A DNA stretch of 64,000 nt from Paraphysomonas bandaiensis (GCA_965644295.1 CBFFRP010000333.1:1-64000); one strand, 5' to 3'. Counted from the stretch's first letter, positions 13,101 to 27,365 are shown. A program made the numbers and translations. Notes: generated by a model not told the origin, from the letters alone.

Positions 13101-13404
13101 TGTGTGTACATCGCCTACCGCAGAACGTAGCCTCTCCGCGCAGCTTCAACCGCTCTTCAAATCCTCGTATAGCAAGAATGTGCGGCAACGAGGACTTAGT
13201 GATAGTGGACCGGCTATGAGTAAGTCAAAGTCGACCAAGAACTTAGGGAACCCGTTAAAGGTTGACTATGTACTTACACAGGATGTGTTAGACTACATAG
13301 CTAATGATACTGTCATGAGCAATATTCTACAAGAAGAGCATCGAGCCACCGTTAAAATAGTTGAGTATAACATGCATAAAACGAAAGAAAGGGAAAAATT
13401 GTAA
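10163..13404 (+). CDS. Multi-exon hypothetical protein (possibly degenerate EF-hand-like segments; may be two genes)
   Basis: Chain of + ORFs (10160-10360, 10384-10824, 10871-11644, 11749-12327, 12853-13404) bounded by GT/AG sites. Exact exon structure uncertain. Confidence 0.5.
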
Positions 13405-13746
13405 ATATACAAAACCATGTTAATTAGAAAGCAGCGTTGGACGATCATATGTCATATTATTTATTAATTCCGAAAGCAGTGCGCCTTAAGATGACATTTA
13501 TGAAGTTTATTTGTGCTTCTACAAGTTAAAAATGCACTAAACTCTAAACATTGTCTCTGACGATACACTTGTCTGCAATAATCACCTGAAATTTCTAGTG
13601 TGTAATAAAGAATTAAACTGTAATTGCTAATCGTATCATGTTATAGTTACAATGATACACTTTCGCTTGTCAGAGGCTGAGTAGAAAAATCGGTAGAATC
13701 CTTCATTGTAGTTTCGACATTATCCTTTGGAAAAAGATTCAAGCTT

Positions 13747-14331
13747 AGTAGTGAATGTCTTATTAGTAATAGGCGTTTATGAGTCAATGCTTAACTCTGA
13801 TATCCCAGGGCTTGGGAATCGTTAATTGCCCATTAATGGTAGTCCAGTTCCCGGCAATTATAATGGCCGTTAATATCTACTAACTATTTAATTGATATCC
13901 TACTTTTTAACGCTACGAAAGCTGCTTGTGCGTCACCGCAAGCACCAAGTTGCAAGCACTTTTGCATTTTGCACTATCACTTAAAGCAAACGCATTGAGC
14001 AAGCAGAATATGTATATACCTGTATACTGTATACCTGACATCTGCTGAATTCAGGATTTCTTAGTCCTTAAGGTGAACAGCAGGAAGCCTAATATCCCGG
14101 ATGCCCTTAAGGTGGGCCCATTCCCGGACACCTTTTTTCGTCAAGGCCCAAAGAAGTTTACACAATTCTTAGTTTACACAAAGAAGAACTTATTTGTGTC
14201 CCTTGTACCACACAAGCATTAGGCTATGAGTGATCAGAGCGTTATCTGCGGCTGACTATACATGCGGCTTGCGCTAGTTTAATTAATTCTGACTCTTAAA
14301 TACTATTGCTAACTCTAAGACATTCACTATT
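13747..14331 (+). repeat. Dispersed repeat family X, copy B (both ends present)
   Basis: Inverted termini agtagtgaatgtctta / taagacattcactatt. Conserved core at 13893-13950. Confidence 0.8.
13806..13892. mobile_element. Short hAT-type insertion inside repeat X copy B
   Basis: Starts cagggcttggg and is flanked by 8-bp direct repeat TGATATCC (13798-13805, 13893-13900). Internal ccagttcccggcaattataatg recurs at ~38003. Confidence 0.7.
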
Positions 14332-15287
14332 ACATGTAAATCTTACATCATGTACAGAATACATTATTTCTACATGAGGCTTAAATTCACTTATAGGTAA
14401 ACTGCAGCTGTTAGAATTCGTCCTGCATCGATCACACTCGGTATAATATATACAAATACACATCATCACACAAATTTAGAAGACAGGTTGCAACTACGAG
14501 AGCAGAAAAAAGTAACACCAGTGACAATGTGATCCCAATCATCTGTTTACAGTTTCCACCCCCTTTGGTTGGGAAAGTTTCAGTAAGTAAACGACGAATA
14601 ACAGGCCCAAGGGATGGATATGATGTGGGTTGCCCATCAAACGAGAGAAATATCGTAGCACTGATACGGTAGGAGACAAGGCGCACCAGGTGTGGAGTCC
14701 CAACAACTGACGTCATCTGCATCACACTGCGCTATGTTTCCAACACAGATATTTCTAGCCCTGAAGGCCGGAGGATAGTGAATGGTAGTGTATAATCAAC
14801 ACGTTGGTTGTCCACTCATCAGTCTGTTAAGTTCACTCAGTGAAAATCATCGCCGGGCCTGAAAGACTCACGTCGTGAATTGCTTCCGCATGTGGCATGT
14901 TCGACATGTGGGTGGGTTGCTTGGATTTGGTGTCGTATCCAAAGCTACATAGAGCAGTGTATGGATCATGTATAAGAATACAGAGTACAGTACAGTAGTA
15001 TCCTGGAGGTTGAATATTGGGAGAAATATCCGCCAAAAAACACGTGAAGTGAAACCGTGTTTCAGCAGTTGTTATGAGCAGCAGTGCAGCGGTATACAGC
15101 AGCAGCCAGCTGTATATGGACTGTTATCATTAACTGACATGCACAGAACAACTGCAATAGAAATCAAATCATTTACATTCCCTCCCGCCCGATGCTGAGG
15201 TGCTTCATACGGGTGATTCTATTTGTATATGAAATGCATACTGCATGAGTGATCTTATTTGTTTATCCGCTCCCAAACATTAAAGTA

Positions 15288-16214
15288 ATGAGGCTCAGTC
15301 AAGATATTGAGGTTGGTTATTCAATTAGAGGGCAGACGCACTATAGGCGAAGGGCTGGTATTTTAGTATCACCTAGGCGTGGTGGGGGTACTTCTAACTG
15401 GTCTAGAGTGCGTGGAGACAAAAATGCCGCCCGGCAGTTGGCTTCTGCTGAGAAAAGCGGAAACGGAGGCGATAAAAATATTTCTGCAGGATCTCAACTT
15501 AAATATGCATCCCCAGATTCTAAGAAGGGCATTAAGGAGAATAATGCTAACGTACACAGCCGACGCCCGCTGAGTGCACCGTCACGACGCGTGACACCTT
15601 CGGGAGCTCCACCTGACGAGCACCAACATCGAGTCCGCCGCAATGTAGAATTATCCCAGGCATCTTTTGTCTGGGATAAGTCTACCAAGTGTCCAGACCG
15701 AGAACACTTAACGCTTACTCAAGACAACGAAATATCGAAATCTCGTAAAGATACGTGGGGCTCTATGTCTCGCCCCCCCTCGGCAACTGCTGCTGGGAGA
15801 TCCCACGAGAACGACCGCAAAACAATTGCATCATCATACTCCCGTTGTCGCACTAGCAAAACTAGTGGCCCGGTGGTAAATCTTCAATCTCACCTGGTAG
15901 GTCGTAGCAAGGAGGTGGAAGAGCACATAGAGGATCTTTTAGACACCGGTATACACGATGTAAAGTGGAACGTATCTACCAAGGATAAAGACGAGGAAGA
16001 ACGGGCAAAGCCTGCCATTATTCCAAGCAAAAGTTCAAAGCACTTAAAGCAGGTATATTACTCGAAAGAGCGCACAAAGTCACGTCAGATGCGAGGTACA
16101 ATAGTAGATACAAACCAACCCTTGCCGAAAGGAAAATGGGAGGACGTTGCTGTCAAAGCCACTAAAACAGATCGCCAATCTTATCAAACGGTACCTCGTC
16201 TTTTCGTTGGATAA
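15288..16214 (+). CDS. Hypothetical low-complexity Ser/Arg/Lys-rich protein
   Basis: Open frame of 308 aa from ATG 15288; no recognisable domain; 3' end may be spliced. Confidence 0.55.
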   Translation: MRLSQDIEVGYSIRGQTHYRRRAGILVSPRRGGGTSNWSRVRGDKNAARQLASAEKSGNGGDKNISAGSQLKYASPDSKKGIKENNANVHSRRPLSAPSRRVTPSGAPPDEHQHRVRRNVELSQASFVWDKSTKCPDREHLTLTQDNEISKSRKDTWGSMSRPPSATAAGRSHENDRKTIASSYSRCRTSKTSGPVVNLQSHLVGRSKEVEEHIEDLLDTGIHDVKWNVSTKDKDEEERAKPAIIPSKSSKHLKQVYYSKERTKSRQMRGTIVDTNQPLPKGKWEDVAVKATKTDRQSYQTVPRLFVG

Positions 16215-17130
16215 ACTAATACCATTGGAGAACTACCTTTTTGAATTCTGTCGATAGTAATGCGTTTGGAACACAAACTCTGAGTAAATGCTCACATTAC
16301 TTCCAATATTACCATGGCTTATATGCATTATATCTTAATGGAGAATGGAGATACTGTGGGTGCTTGTAAACCGGGAAACGAGTAGGTGATTATATCAGAA
16401 ATTTACTTCAATTAGAATTCCTACGTGGGCCACTGTTTTAATCGTCAGTGTACTATGTATACTGACCTTTTATAGTGACCTAGGAGTCACATATGGCATT
16501 ATTAATCTCATCGTATCAAGTATTACGTATTTATGTTGTAAGCGAGTAAGAAGTCCTTTTTAGTTTATATCATATTGCCGACTTTGAGCGGTGTTTGTCT
16601 AGGCTCAATTGCCACTTTTCTTCTTTAAGAGAGTTTACTGAGCTCTGTAAATACGTAAACTAAGTAAAATTGCGAGTTTTCATAATCAATTACACCCCCT
16701 TGTTACTTATTACGTTGCCTAAATTTGCCATTACCAATACTTTACTGTCATTTATAGTCACTATATTTCAGCTAATCCAATTCATAATACTTTAACACTG
16801 TACTACTGATTCACTTGATTGATAAATGGAGAGTAATTATACTATAGCACTATAGGGTCGCCTAGGTTACCATACAATACCCAATGATGAATCTACATTC
16901 TACATATAACGCTTGGTTGTTAATCTCTTGGCTACACAGCTGCAACACCTACCCGCAATATAAAGTATAAACCACTACAAGACCATTTCTACAGTTTACA
17001 CTGTACTGCAGTACAAGATCTAAAACGTCGTCAATCATACATATTACTTAAACCATGGTTCGTTTCAGAAGCGAAACATAATCAAAGGAAAAAAGCAATA
17101 AGAGAGAACACGACAAGTACATGTCAGAGA

Positions 17131-19218
<2,088 letters not shown>

Positions 19219-19662
19219 TTAGTTTTGTTTCGTGTAATGTGTTTAAGATGGTTTGAAATTATGACTCAAGTAAGATACTGTTATGAACAACACCTACGAC
19301 ACGACACCGACACCTGCAGGAAATGTCTGTGTGTTGAATCTTTCTGAAGAAGAATGATAAAGTTTCCCTAAAGAAGTCGTATCTTCAACGGTCGAAAACA
19401 TATGTAGAAACTGAAAGTTGCTCTCTTGATCTCTACCAATCATCGTATATTGATTGGCCATTGAATTAATGGTTCCTGCAATTAAACAGGCACATGATAC
19501 TATATTTGGACATCAATATGTAAACGGAGGTGTGTCCACTCATTCGACATTAGAGTCACACACTGCTGAGTTGCTTATACAGTTGAGATCTTCCGTTCAC
19601 CCCCCTAAGTATTTCTCGAGCACATATTTTACTGCGAGAATTGTCCTGTATCAGTAATTGAT

Positions 19663-20176
19663 ATGAGTGCGGAGTCCTTCTCAGTGTCACAGTTATCAGA
19701 ATGTAAGTATGAACTCTCTTACCTTATTAGTTTCCTATTATTGACCTTATATATCAGGTTTAGGATCATCTGACTTAGCAGAAGATAAAGAGCATACTAC
19801 TCAAAAGACTTTATCTGCAGTGCAGTTATTGCGCGAAGCCCGTCGTTTGGAAAAAGAACGCACGCCAGTTATCGAAGAAGAGTGAGTTAATAACATGGTG
19901 TTTATATATTCTTACAGTTTGCAACATAGCTATATTCCGCTGCTAAAGACGAAGCGTGGTCGTGAGGAAATAACTACAGATCCACTACTTTTAGAAATTG
20001 GCGATTCTAAAGTTGTTCCACCGGATAGTTGGTATTCCAACAGTTCCAAAACGAAATTATCACAAAACATACCGAATAGTAAAAAGAAGAAAATTGAGAA
20101 GGCGAGTAATTATAGTGATAGATTAAAATCTCGTGTGGACAGCAAGAAAGCTAAAAAACGCAACAGAAAGAAGTAA
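19663..20176 (+). CDS. Small Lys-rich hypothetical protein (about 3 exons), divergent from polyubiquitin
   Basis: ATG 19663 (MSAESFSVSQLSE), short GT-AG introns, basic C-terminus …KKAKKRNRKK. Confidence 0.55.
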
Positions 20177-20647
20177 CGTAAGAGTGGAAATATTACTGCC
20201 TGTTTCGAATAAAGCGATACGAAGTATGCATTATTCAAAAGAATTCAGTGCTTGCTATACCTCCATTATAAGTATAAGTATTGCTTTGTTTGACTCTTCA
20301 CAGTTTTAACGCACTAAATACAACACATCCGCAATAATGTGATATGACTATCATGATTCAAGCGGTACTTGCAAAATCGTGTGCTGTCATAGCACTACTA
20401 AATAATATTCATATCAGAGTAATGCACTAAGTTCCAATCATATTTTGTAGGCTCTTGAACTCTATTAAAATGCATGACCACTGCTCTCTTCAGGAATTAG
20501 AAAGAAAGATTTTTCTTCCAATTTCGTTTGTTTTGTATGCGCTTCTATGACTAGTCTACAACTGCCTAGCTAAGTGTTACATCAGCTCTATCTTGGTACA
20601 TGGTTTCTCGAATTCACATTGTTTTTAATTGCGAAATACTCATATGT

Positions 20648-20665
20648 AATAAGACATTCACTACT
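20648..20665. repeat. Isolated terminus of repeat family X
   Basis: aataagacattcactact is the exact 18-bp reverse complement of agtagtgaatgtcttatt. Confidence 0.55.
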
Positions 20666-20736
20666 TATTCTGAATATTTGCAAATTGAGCAATTTGTTTA
20701 TATCTTATCTAATATGTGCACATCAAACCACATACA

Positions 20737-22299
20737 TTAGTGTCGCAAAAAACTGCTCACTTCTTGGTGCAAGGGATGATCACTACCATATACTATATCT
20801 ACAATATTCATGGCTAACTCACAATAATAATACATTTTTTTATCTTTTCCGCGTACAAAGATATACAGTTTAGAATATTGAATATACTGAATTGCCACAA
20901 CAGGGTGGTTCAATGGATAGCAGTTGGACAGAGAGCAAAGTACACGGCCACTGACATCGAACGCTTCTTCATATCTGCAACAGAGTAAATTGGAGAAGCA
21001 AAAGTACAATTGCAATATAATACCTTTGAGCATTGATAAGAGAAACACACAGTCTACTACCAAGGTCAAAAATAATGTAGTGATTAGGTGGCACTCGAGT
21101 CTGAAGAACCGTCATGAGATCACGCAGTGGCGCAATCTGTACAACGTTTTCGCCGGGAACAAGAGCTGATCTATTCCTGCTCCTATATGCGCTCCGCACA
21201 AGATTGTAAACATTTCTCAGGGAAAGGCCGGACCCACATTTGTCACAAATAAGACACACACCAGCCTCATCTAGCGTCTTCAATATAGCCATGGAGTTGG
21301 GGCAGTGACCTGTAGTCGGTGAGGGGCATGCAGCCAGGGAATACAGCCACTCCAGTGAATTCGTGGAAGGGAACGGGAGAAATGAAGTATCAGGCGATAA
21401 ATTCTCGCAAAAGTTGCAGGTGTGAAAGTGGTCAACTTGTCGGAGCTTACCGTTTCTAATGCACAGCGTAGACGGTGAGGAAAGAAGCCAGTGGCGATAA
21501 AGAAGGGAGTGGTATTCAGGAGACAAGTCACACAAGCCGCCACACTGCAGCATTTGTATCAGCTATGTCAGTATCCTAGATAAATAAGTACCTTATCATT
21601 TTTACAAACCCAATGGTCCAAGTTATCTATCATTGTGCATCGCGAACAGTAGCAGATAAATCGGTGAGTGTTGAGAAGTTCAAGTCTACGATGATACGTT
21701 GGCTGCCCAACGTCTATATACGCAACAGAAACTTCCTGACCTGGATATATATCCTGGCATGCACGTATGATGATTATCCCTGTTGAAGGATCGAACGATG
21801 GACAAGCATTGGGTTCACAACTGTGGTTGAAGTACGAAGCTTCGTCATACAGAGCCAGACCTTTAGGCATAATTTCGCTGTCCGTCACAGTGAAAGCATT
21901 GCGAAGGACTTTGTCAGCAGCAACTATACAAGTATCCATTGATACTGATCCCTCAAAATACAAGTACGCACACTTCGCAATTTCCTTGGTATCAGTGTTT
22001 GGCGCTGGCGCGGGTGCATCAAGTGCCGATATCTCTCCACTGTTGATCAAAAATATCAGTCGCAGAGTAAGTATAGTACCGAGCTTCCTAGTCGGAGTAT
22101 TCTTAGCATACAAACATTCTTTTGAACTTGGTGGTCCCAGTCTATTGCGACACTTGTCTTGTGTGAAGAGAGAGGGATCAGTGCATATATATACAGAGGG
22201 CTTCTCACACAGCAGCACAGAACCCTTTCGAATGAACGACAATGCCTTTACGCAGCGACCTTTAGAGTGGGTAGAAATAACATCCAGGCTTGATATCAT
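20737..22299 (-). CDS. SMYD-like SET-domain lysine methyltransferase (about 3 exons)
   Basis: KGRCV, RNAF, SYFNHSCEPN, EVSVAYID and post-SET FICYCSRC motifs; C-terminal helical region YPLNHP…YGSDHP. Confidence 0.85.
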
Positions 22300-22657
22300 G
22301 AGTGGTGGGCCACAACATCAATTCTATTCCAGCTCACCTGTCATGGGCCGGGAAGATAGATGCAATCATGTCAAAATACATATACACCGTATACGGCTGT
22401 ATACTATATAGAGGTATGAAAAAACTGTACCAGGTCTGAATTTTTTTTTGGGAGGTGTGGCAATGGGAAGGGATGACCTGGTCTTTATATACAGTACTGT
22501 ATACAGAGTATTCAGAGTATTCATGCTGCGGTATTCGGTTTGGTGTGTGTATGTGTATGCACTGCAGCCGTATTCTTGAGCAACATCACTCTGTGCGTTG
22601 TTTCTGTTAGTCGAATTATCGAAACTATTTCCAGAAATCTTATAATCAAACACAGCA

Positions 22658-23379
22658 ATGTCTGAAGGAATGGATGACCTTAACCCTGCAGGGGATCGCG
22701 TAGACTGCAGCCGAGATAACGAGGAGGAGGTAGTGAGTGATGAGTCTATTAATAACTGTATTGATAGTATGGACAGAGCGAGGAGGATGCATCTGTCATT
22801 GACAACATCATCCCGGTCAAGCAATTGTCACACGGGTGGAAAGTTATTCAAGGCTGGGCGGTGGTATGATCGCTGAACACTTTTATTAACCCGATGTAAT
22901 GTGCTGTTAAGTCATCCGCTCAAACAGCTCGAGACAAAATGAACGAAATCAACAACAGTGAAAAAATGGAATCGTTGCGAACCTCTACTGCCGCTGTTGT
23001 CAAACCGGCATGGGATACCACAGTGGAAACTACGGGCACTGTTTGGGAGAAGTCCAAAGAACTGGCCTCTCAGATTTCTGAGCGTTCTCAGGAAACTGTG
23101 GGCAGCACCAAGGTTACAGCAGAAAAGTTTGTTTCTGATTTGAAACCCACGGCGGAAAAGGTTACTTTGACTGTATGTGTATTCTTATTGGCATCATCAC
23201 ATACTTTGTGGATGTGGCAGGTTTCGAACGGTGCCAAACGATCATGGGCTGTCCTCTCTGAGACCGTGGTTAGTACTTCGGAAAAAGCCTCGGCATTTAC
23301 TCGAAAAGCGGCTGAAGATATCCAAAACTCGCTGAATGAGAGAAACTCTTCAAACTCGAGTCAGCCCATGACTGTGTAA
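22658..23379 (+). CDS. Small hydrophilic hypothetical protein (spliced)
   Basis: ORFs 22658-22876 and 22939-23379 separated by GT/AG sites; divergent from the SET gene. Confidence 0.5.
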
Positions 23380-23744
23380 ATATTCATAATTACTCATAGT
23401 ATCAGTATAAATGTGAGCCATACCTATAGAGCCGTTTCGTTGTAACGCGCCAATAAAACTAACGAATATCTGATTTGTAGGATGATTTCTTGGATGCATC
23501 AATAGCATTCCTTTCTCTCGCAATAATTTTCATTCGTATTTCGTTGTCTGCATATGGGCAGTCACATTTTTACAAGCTACAAGCTATGATTTGGAATTTG
23601 GAGTAGTATTACAAGCTCAGATTATGTGGGAAATAGTATTCAATTTATTCAACGTTGCCAAACTGGTTAAATTACCCAAACTATTCGATTAGGGTTAGGG
23701 TATAGAAAGATCAGGTGAGTTTCGACCGATCCGAGTGAGTATAG

Positions 23745-24330
23745 AGGGGGGGTGTTTTGAGCGCTCTTACTGATATTTTTTATTTGTTGATTCTATAGTG
23801 AATAGTGCATATATACAAGCGCTGTTGTGTGGTGGATACTGATTAGTGATTAGGTCTGCGGACCAGTTAATTTGCGCAGGTTGTAGTCAGTTGTAATTGC
23901 AATTATATATTGCTGTCTGAATTCATTAATACTAAACTCGTACTCAAGTAGATATATATTTGCTGCCAACATGGCTTGCTCAACTGTCATTTCATTCCAG
24001 AGGTGACTATTCACGTGCAAAAAACATAAGATCAGTATTACTCTTACAGTACTGAATAATATTTCTATCTTATTAAGTATCAAATTGATAGGGCGCCCCT
24101 TGTAAAAGGGAAGGGAACTTTGAATCACCAACGCCGTGACAAAGGCAGCTTCTTCCGTGAATGGGGCCCTGTACTTACTCCTTGCTCTTTCTCTATTTTT
24201 CTGGATGATATCTTGTTTAGAATTATATCCATTGCTGCTCTTTACTAAGATAGAATAGTGTCGTTGTTGTTCACTCTTTATTAGGCACTGCGCTGGTAGA
24301 TTCACACAGTGATTCTAGCTCTAATATCAA
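23745..24330 (+). mobile_element. Possible LTR remnant preceded by a polypurine tract
   Basis: gaggggggg directly followed by tgttttgagc at 23753. Right boundary uncertain; no TSD found. Confidence 0.3.
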
Positions 24331-24860
24331 CGAAATGGAATTTCACTTTCACTCCCGTCAGACATTTACTACTGCTCTATATGAAACTGAACAAAGCAAA
24401 CGTTATTGAATAAGATTTTCCATCACATTTAATCTTTTGCTTATGATCCTCAAGCATTACATTCCTTGCACAGAGTTACAACAGCACTTCAATGACCATA
24501 GCCATAACATCATACTATGCATGTATGTATCTTCTGCCTGTATCTGAGATCTATAGACATTACTGTATGTCGGTGTCCAGAGTATCTTGTATCGCTATTT
24601 CAGTTTGATTGAATGAGGTGATGACTTCAGTGGGAAAAAACATCAACATCATCCAAAAAAACAATCCAGTTCATATGGACGATACCAGTAACAAAAAAAA
24701 TATGTGGCTGGGCAGTGTATGCTCCTATGCGGATACATGTACAGTAGATACATGCATGTATAATATACATACATATACATATATACTTATACACGATAGT
24801 GTATTGGTGCATTGCACGCATACAGATTCAAGTACTGGTACAGGGACAGTCAAGATAGGC

Positions 24861-27365
24861 ATGCTGTCTCAATCAACTTTCGTTGTCTTTGCGCGGCGAT
24901 CACAGGTGCGTCTGATGAGTACGCATCCGGTTCGTCCCTACAGCATGAGTCCTATTAAACGACTCGCTTTATCCACCGTTGGTGCTGCATCTCTCGCATG
25001 TTTGCTGGCCAATCAACGACCTGCATATAATGAGAGTGCACTGGATGATCTTCAGAAGTGGTTTAAGGAGAATGTGATGGGAGAGACACTGCAGAGTGCG
25101 CATAAGGAGACCTCTTCTGATGTCATCTCATCGGAGACAGAGGCTTCAAAGAGTGACTCAGAGACTCAAGAGGAAAATGAAGACGAAGAAGTGGCAGATT
25201 CTAATACTGGTAAAGTATATCATAAGGTGGAAGTGCCGTTGGACCCTGAGATAGTGGATGAGCTCCCTGTGATAAGTATTGATGAGGTTCGTGCCGCTGA
25301 TGGACTTGGTGGAGAAGGGCAAAAGCTCCTTGCTACTTATAATGGTATTGTTTATGACGTGACGGAGTTTGCAAACCACCATCCTGGCGGGAGAGATTTG
25401 TTGCGTACAGCAGCTGGGCTGGACTTGAAGCATTTCTTTGAGAACTATACTATCCACGGTCTTTCGGACAAAGCCGCGAATTGGCTAGCACCTCTTGCAG
25501 TGGGAAAGCTAACTCCAGAAGATGCGGAAATAATAGCAGCTGAAACCACACCGGAAGTACATGTTAAGAAGCGACATGTTGTATTGGGTCGGCATCGGCG
25601 AAAAACCTTGCTTGTTGCGGCCACACTTCCCATATGGATACTTCTGCGTAACATTGTCCGTTTGATCGGCGCCGTTGTACCACCTCTTGGGCGACTTTTA
25701 GCTCGCACTCTGCCTGTCACTGTCCCTGGCTACTCGCCCGGCGCTGAGAGACTGAACCCATCTGAGGTTGAAGAGGTGATTGAGGTAGTCCCTGATGGGA
25801 ATGGGGAACTCAAAGTAGTGAAGAAGGTGAAGAAAGAGAAAACTGTGGCAGTCATTGGTGGAGGCGTAGCTGGTTGCGGGGCTGCTTGGACGCTGAAGAG
25901 GTCTGGTTTTAAAGTAACACTGTTTGAGGCTAGACCCCAGGTTTCTGGCAACGCACGAACATTCGACTGGGACTTTTCTCCTTTCAAGTCTGGAAAGGAG
26001 ATGGTTAAGTCCTGTGTATCCGTTACAGCCTGGCCGGCTCTGTACTACAAAAACTATACTGCGCTCTTGGCAGAGCTCGGCATTGAGACTACTCACATTC
26101 CACTGAGCTGGTTTTTGAATAGCAAGGTACCTGGTTATGAGGGATCGTTGTGGGGGGCCGACCCTCGTGTGTACGAGGGATCTCTACGAAAGGTATTTGA
26201 GAAAGATTTTAGGTGCTACGCTGCAGTCGAGAAATTTTCGAGATATACGACCGACTTTTTCCTACTTAATTGGGCTCCGTGGAAGCGCAATGACGAGCCT
26301 TCTATGTACGCTAATCACACCGGTCTCGGTATGTTAAACCCGCTGAATGTAGTGCCGCTATATTCTCTCTTCAAGTTTGTGGGTGGGTCGGATGCGTGGT
26401 GGAATATTATCTTCACACCATACTATACAGCATCCTTCCTGGTGGATGAACTTCGTCCGTTTCCTGCAGTCTTTGGGCCACTCATTGAAGCTCAAATTCC
26501 ATTGCTTCCTAATTCCAAGAATTCGTGGCAAGGAAAATCTGATAAATCGGAGACAGACTGCCACATCACCACGTGCGTCACCTGGAAAGATGCGGGTAAC
26601 GGTATCCGTACTGTTTTCCGCAAACTTGTGGACGGAGTCGACCTCAGAGACCACTCTCGTGTGAGAGAGGTGGTGGTACTACCTAATGGAAAGAAGCGTG
26701 TGATCGATGAAAATGACGCCTATGTGGATGTCGATCGTGTTGTATTTGCCTGCCCAGCGAATGCAGTGGGTAATATTCTCAAAAAGCATGGAGCCCTGGA
26801 GGAGATCATTTTGAACACCCCTGTTTATGCAGATGATCACCACCCTTCCACGGGACACATGCATGCAGTTATGCACTCTGATCCTTCTGTAATTGACCCA
26901 GAATTCAGAGAGGATTGCTTAAAACGGGCCTCAAACTATGTTGAGGTAACTCAGAGCTCTGATGGCTCTCTTAATATTGAAAACCAGTACAACTTTGGTG
27001 TCCAGACGCCTGGTCCTGGCGTTTATGATATGCCACTGAAGGATAAGCCAGTCATGCTCATATCACATGCCTTGGGTGAGGGCAAGTCTATTGACAAAAA
27101 GCTTATCCGTGGCACTGGCAATCACGCACGCGCTCATCCACTTTACTCCGGCTGGAATGTCGCGGCTATTCTCTCTCTTCGACTTGTGCAGGGCAAAGAT
27201 GGTGTGTACTACTGTTCCAACTGGACCACACCTGGCAACTGCCATGATATGAGTCTTTTGAGTGGAATTGTATGCGCCCATGCTATTGGAGCTGAATACC
27301 CTTTCGAAGGGAACAAGGAGGCAAAGAAGGACTTCAATCGCCTGAGAGACCTCATGGGTATCTAG
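24861..27365 (+). CDS. Cytochrome b5 + FAD-dependent oxidoreductase (COG2907/amine-oxidase-like) fusion, intronless
   Basis: b5 motif YNGIVYDVTEFANHHPGG plus a second His (TIHG). Rossmann motif VAVIGGGVAG…LFEAR. C-terminal QGKDGVYYCSNW…HDMSLLSG. Presequence-like N-terminus from ATG 24861. Confidence 0.85.
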   Translation: MLSQSTFVVFARRSQVRLMSTHPVRPYSMSPIKRLALSTVGAASLACLLANQRPAYNESALDDLQKWFKENVMGETLQSAHKETSSDVISSETEASKSDSETQEENEDEEVADSNTGKVYHKVEVPLDPEIVDELPVISIDEVRAADGLGGEGQKLLATYNGIVYDVTEFANHHPGGRDLLRTAAGLDLKHFFENYTIHGLSDKAANWLAPLAVGKLTPEDAEIIAAETTPEVHVKKRHVVLGRHRRKTLLVAATLPIWILLRNIVRLIGAVVPPLGRLLARTLPVTVPGYSPGAERLNPSEVEEVIEVVPDGNGELKVVKKVKKEKTVAVIGGGVAGCGAAWTLKRSGFKVTLFEARPQVSGNARTFDWDFSPFKSGKEMVKSCVSVTAWPALYYKNYTALLAELGIETTHIPLSWFLNSKVPGYEGSLWGADPRVYEGSLRKVFEKDFRCYAAVEKFSRYTTDFFLLNWAPWKRNDEPSMYANHTGLGMLNPLNVVPLYSLFKFVGGSDAWWNIIFTPYYTASFLVDELRPFPAVFGPLIEAQIPLLPNSKNSWQGKSDKSETDCHITTCVTWKDAGNGIRTVFRKLVDGVDLRDHSRVREVVVLPNGKKRVIDENDAYVDVDRVVFACPANAVGNILKKHGALEEIILNTPVYADDHHPSTGHMHAVMHSDPSVIDPEFREDCLKRASNYVEVTQSSDGSLNIENQYNFGVQTPGPGVYDMPLKDKPVMLISHALGEGKSIDKKLIRGTGNHARAHPLYSGWNVAAILSLRLVQGKDGVYYCSNWTTPGNCHDMSLLSGIVCAHAIGAEYPFEGNKEAKKDFNRLRDLMGI

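Noticed and set aside
14795-14830. Hammerhead-like CUGAUGAG plus short stem on the minus strand
   Set aside because: No GAAA follows stem II. The repeat X core also lacks a true CUGANGA.
19335-19349. Heat-shock element upstream of polyubiquitin
   Set aside because: GAAtcTTTctGAA is imperfect and easily random.
23689-23700. TTAGGGTTAGGG telomere-like sequence
   Set aside because: Only two units; compatible with chance.
24609-24860. N-terminal 84 aa of the 918-aa ORF
   Set aside because: Starts at TTG and crosses TACA-rich promoter-like DNA; ATG 24861 begins a plausible presequence.
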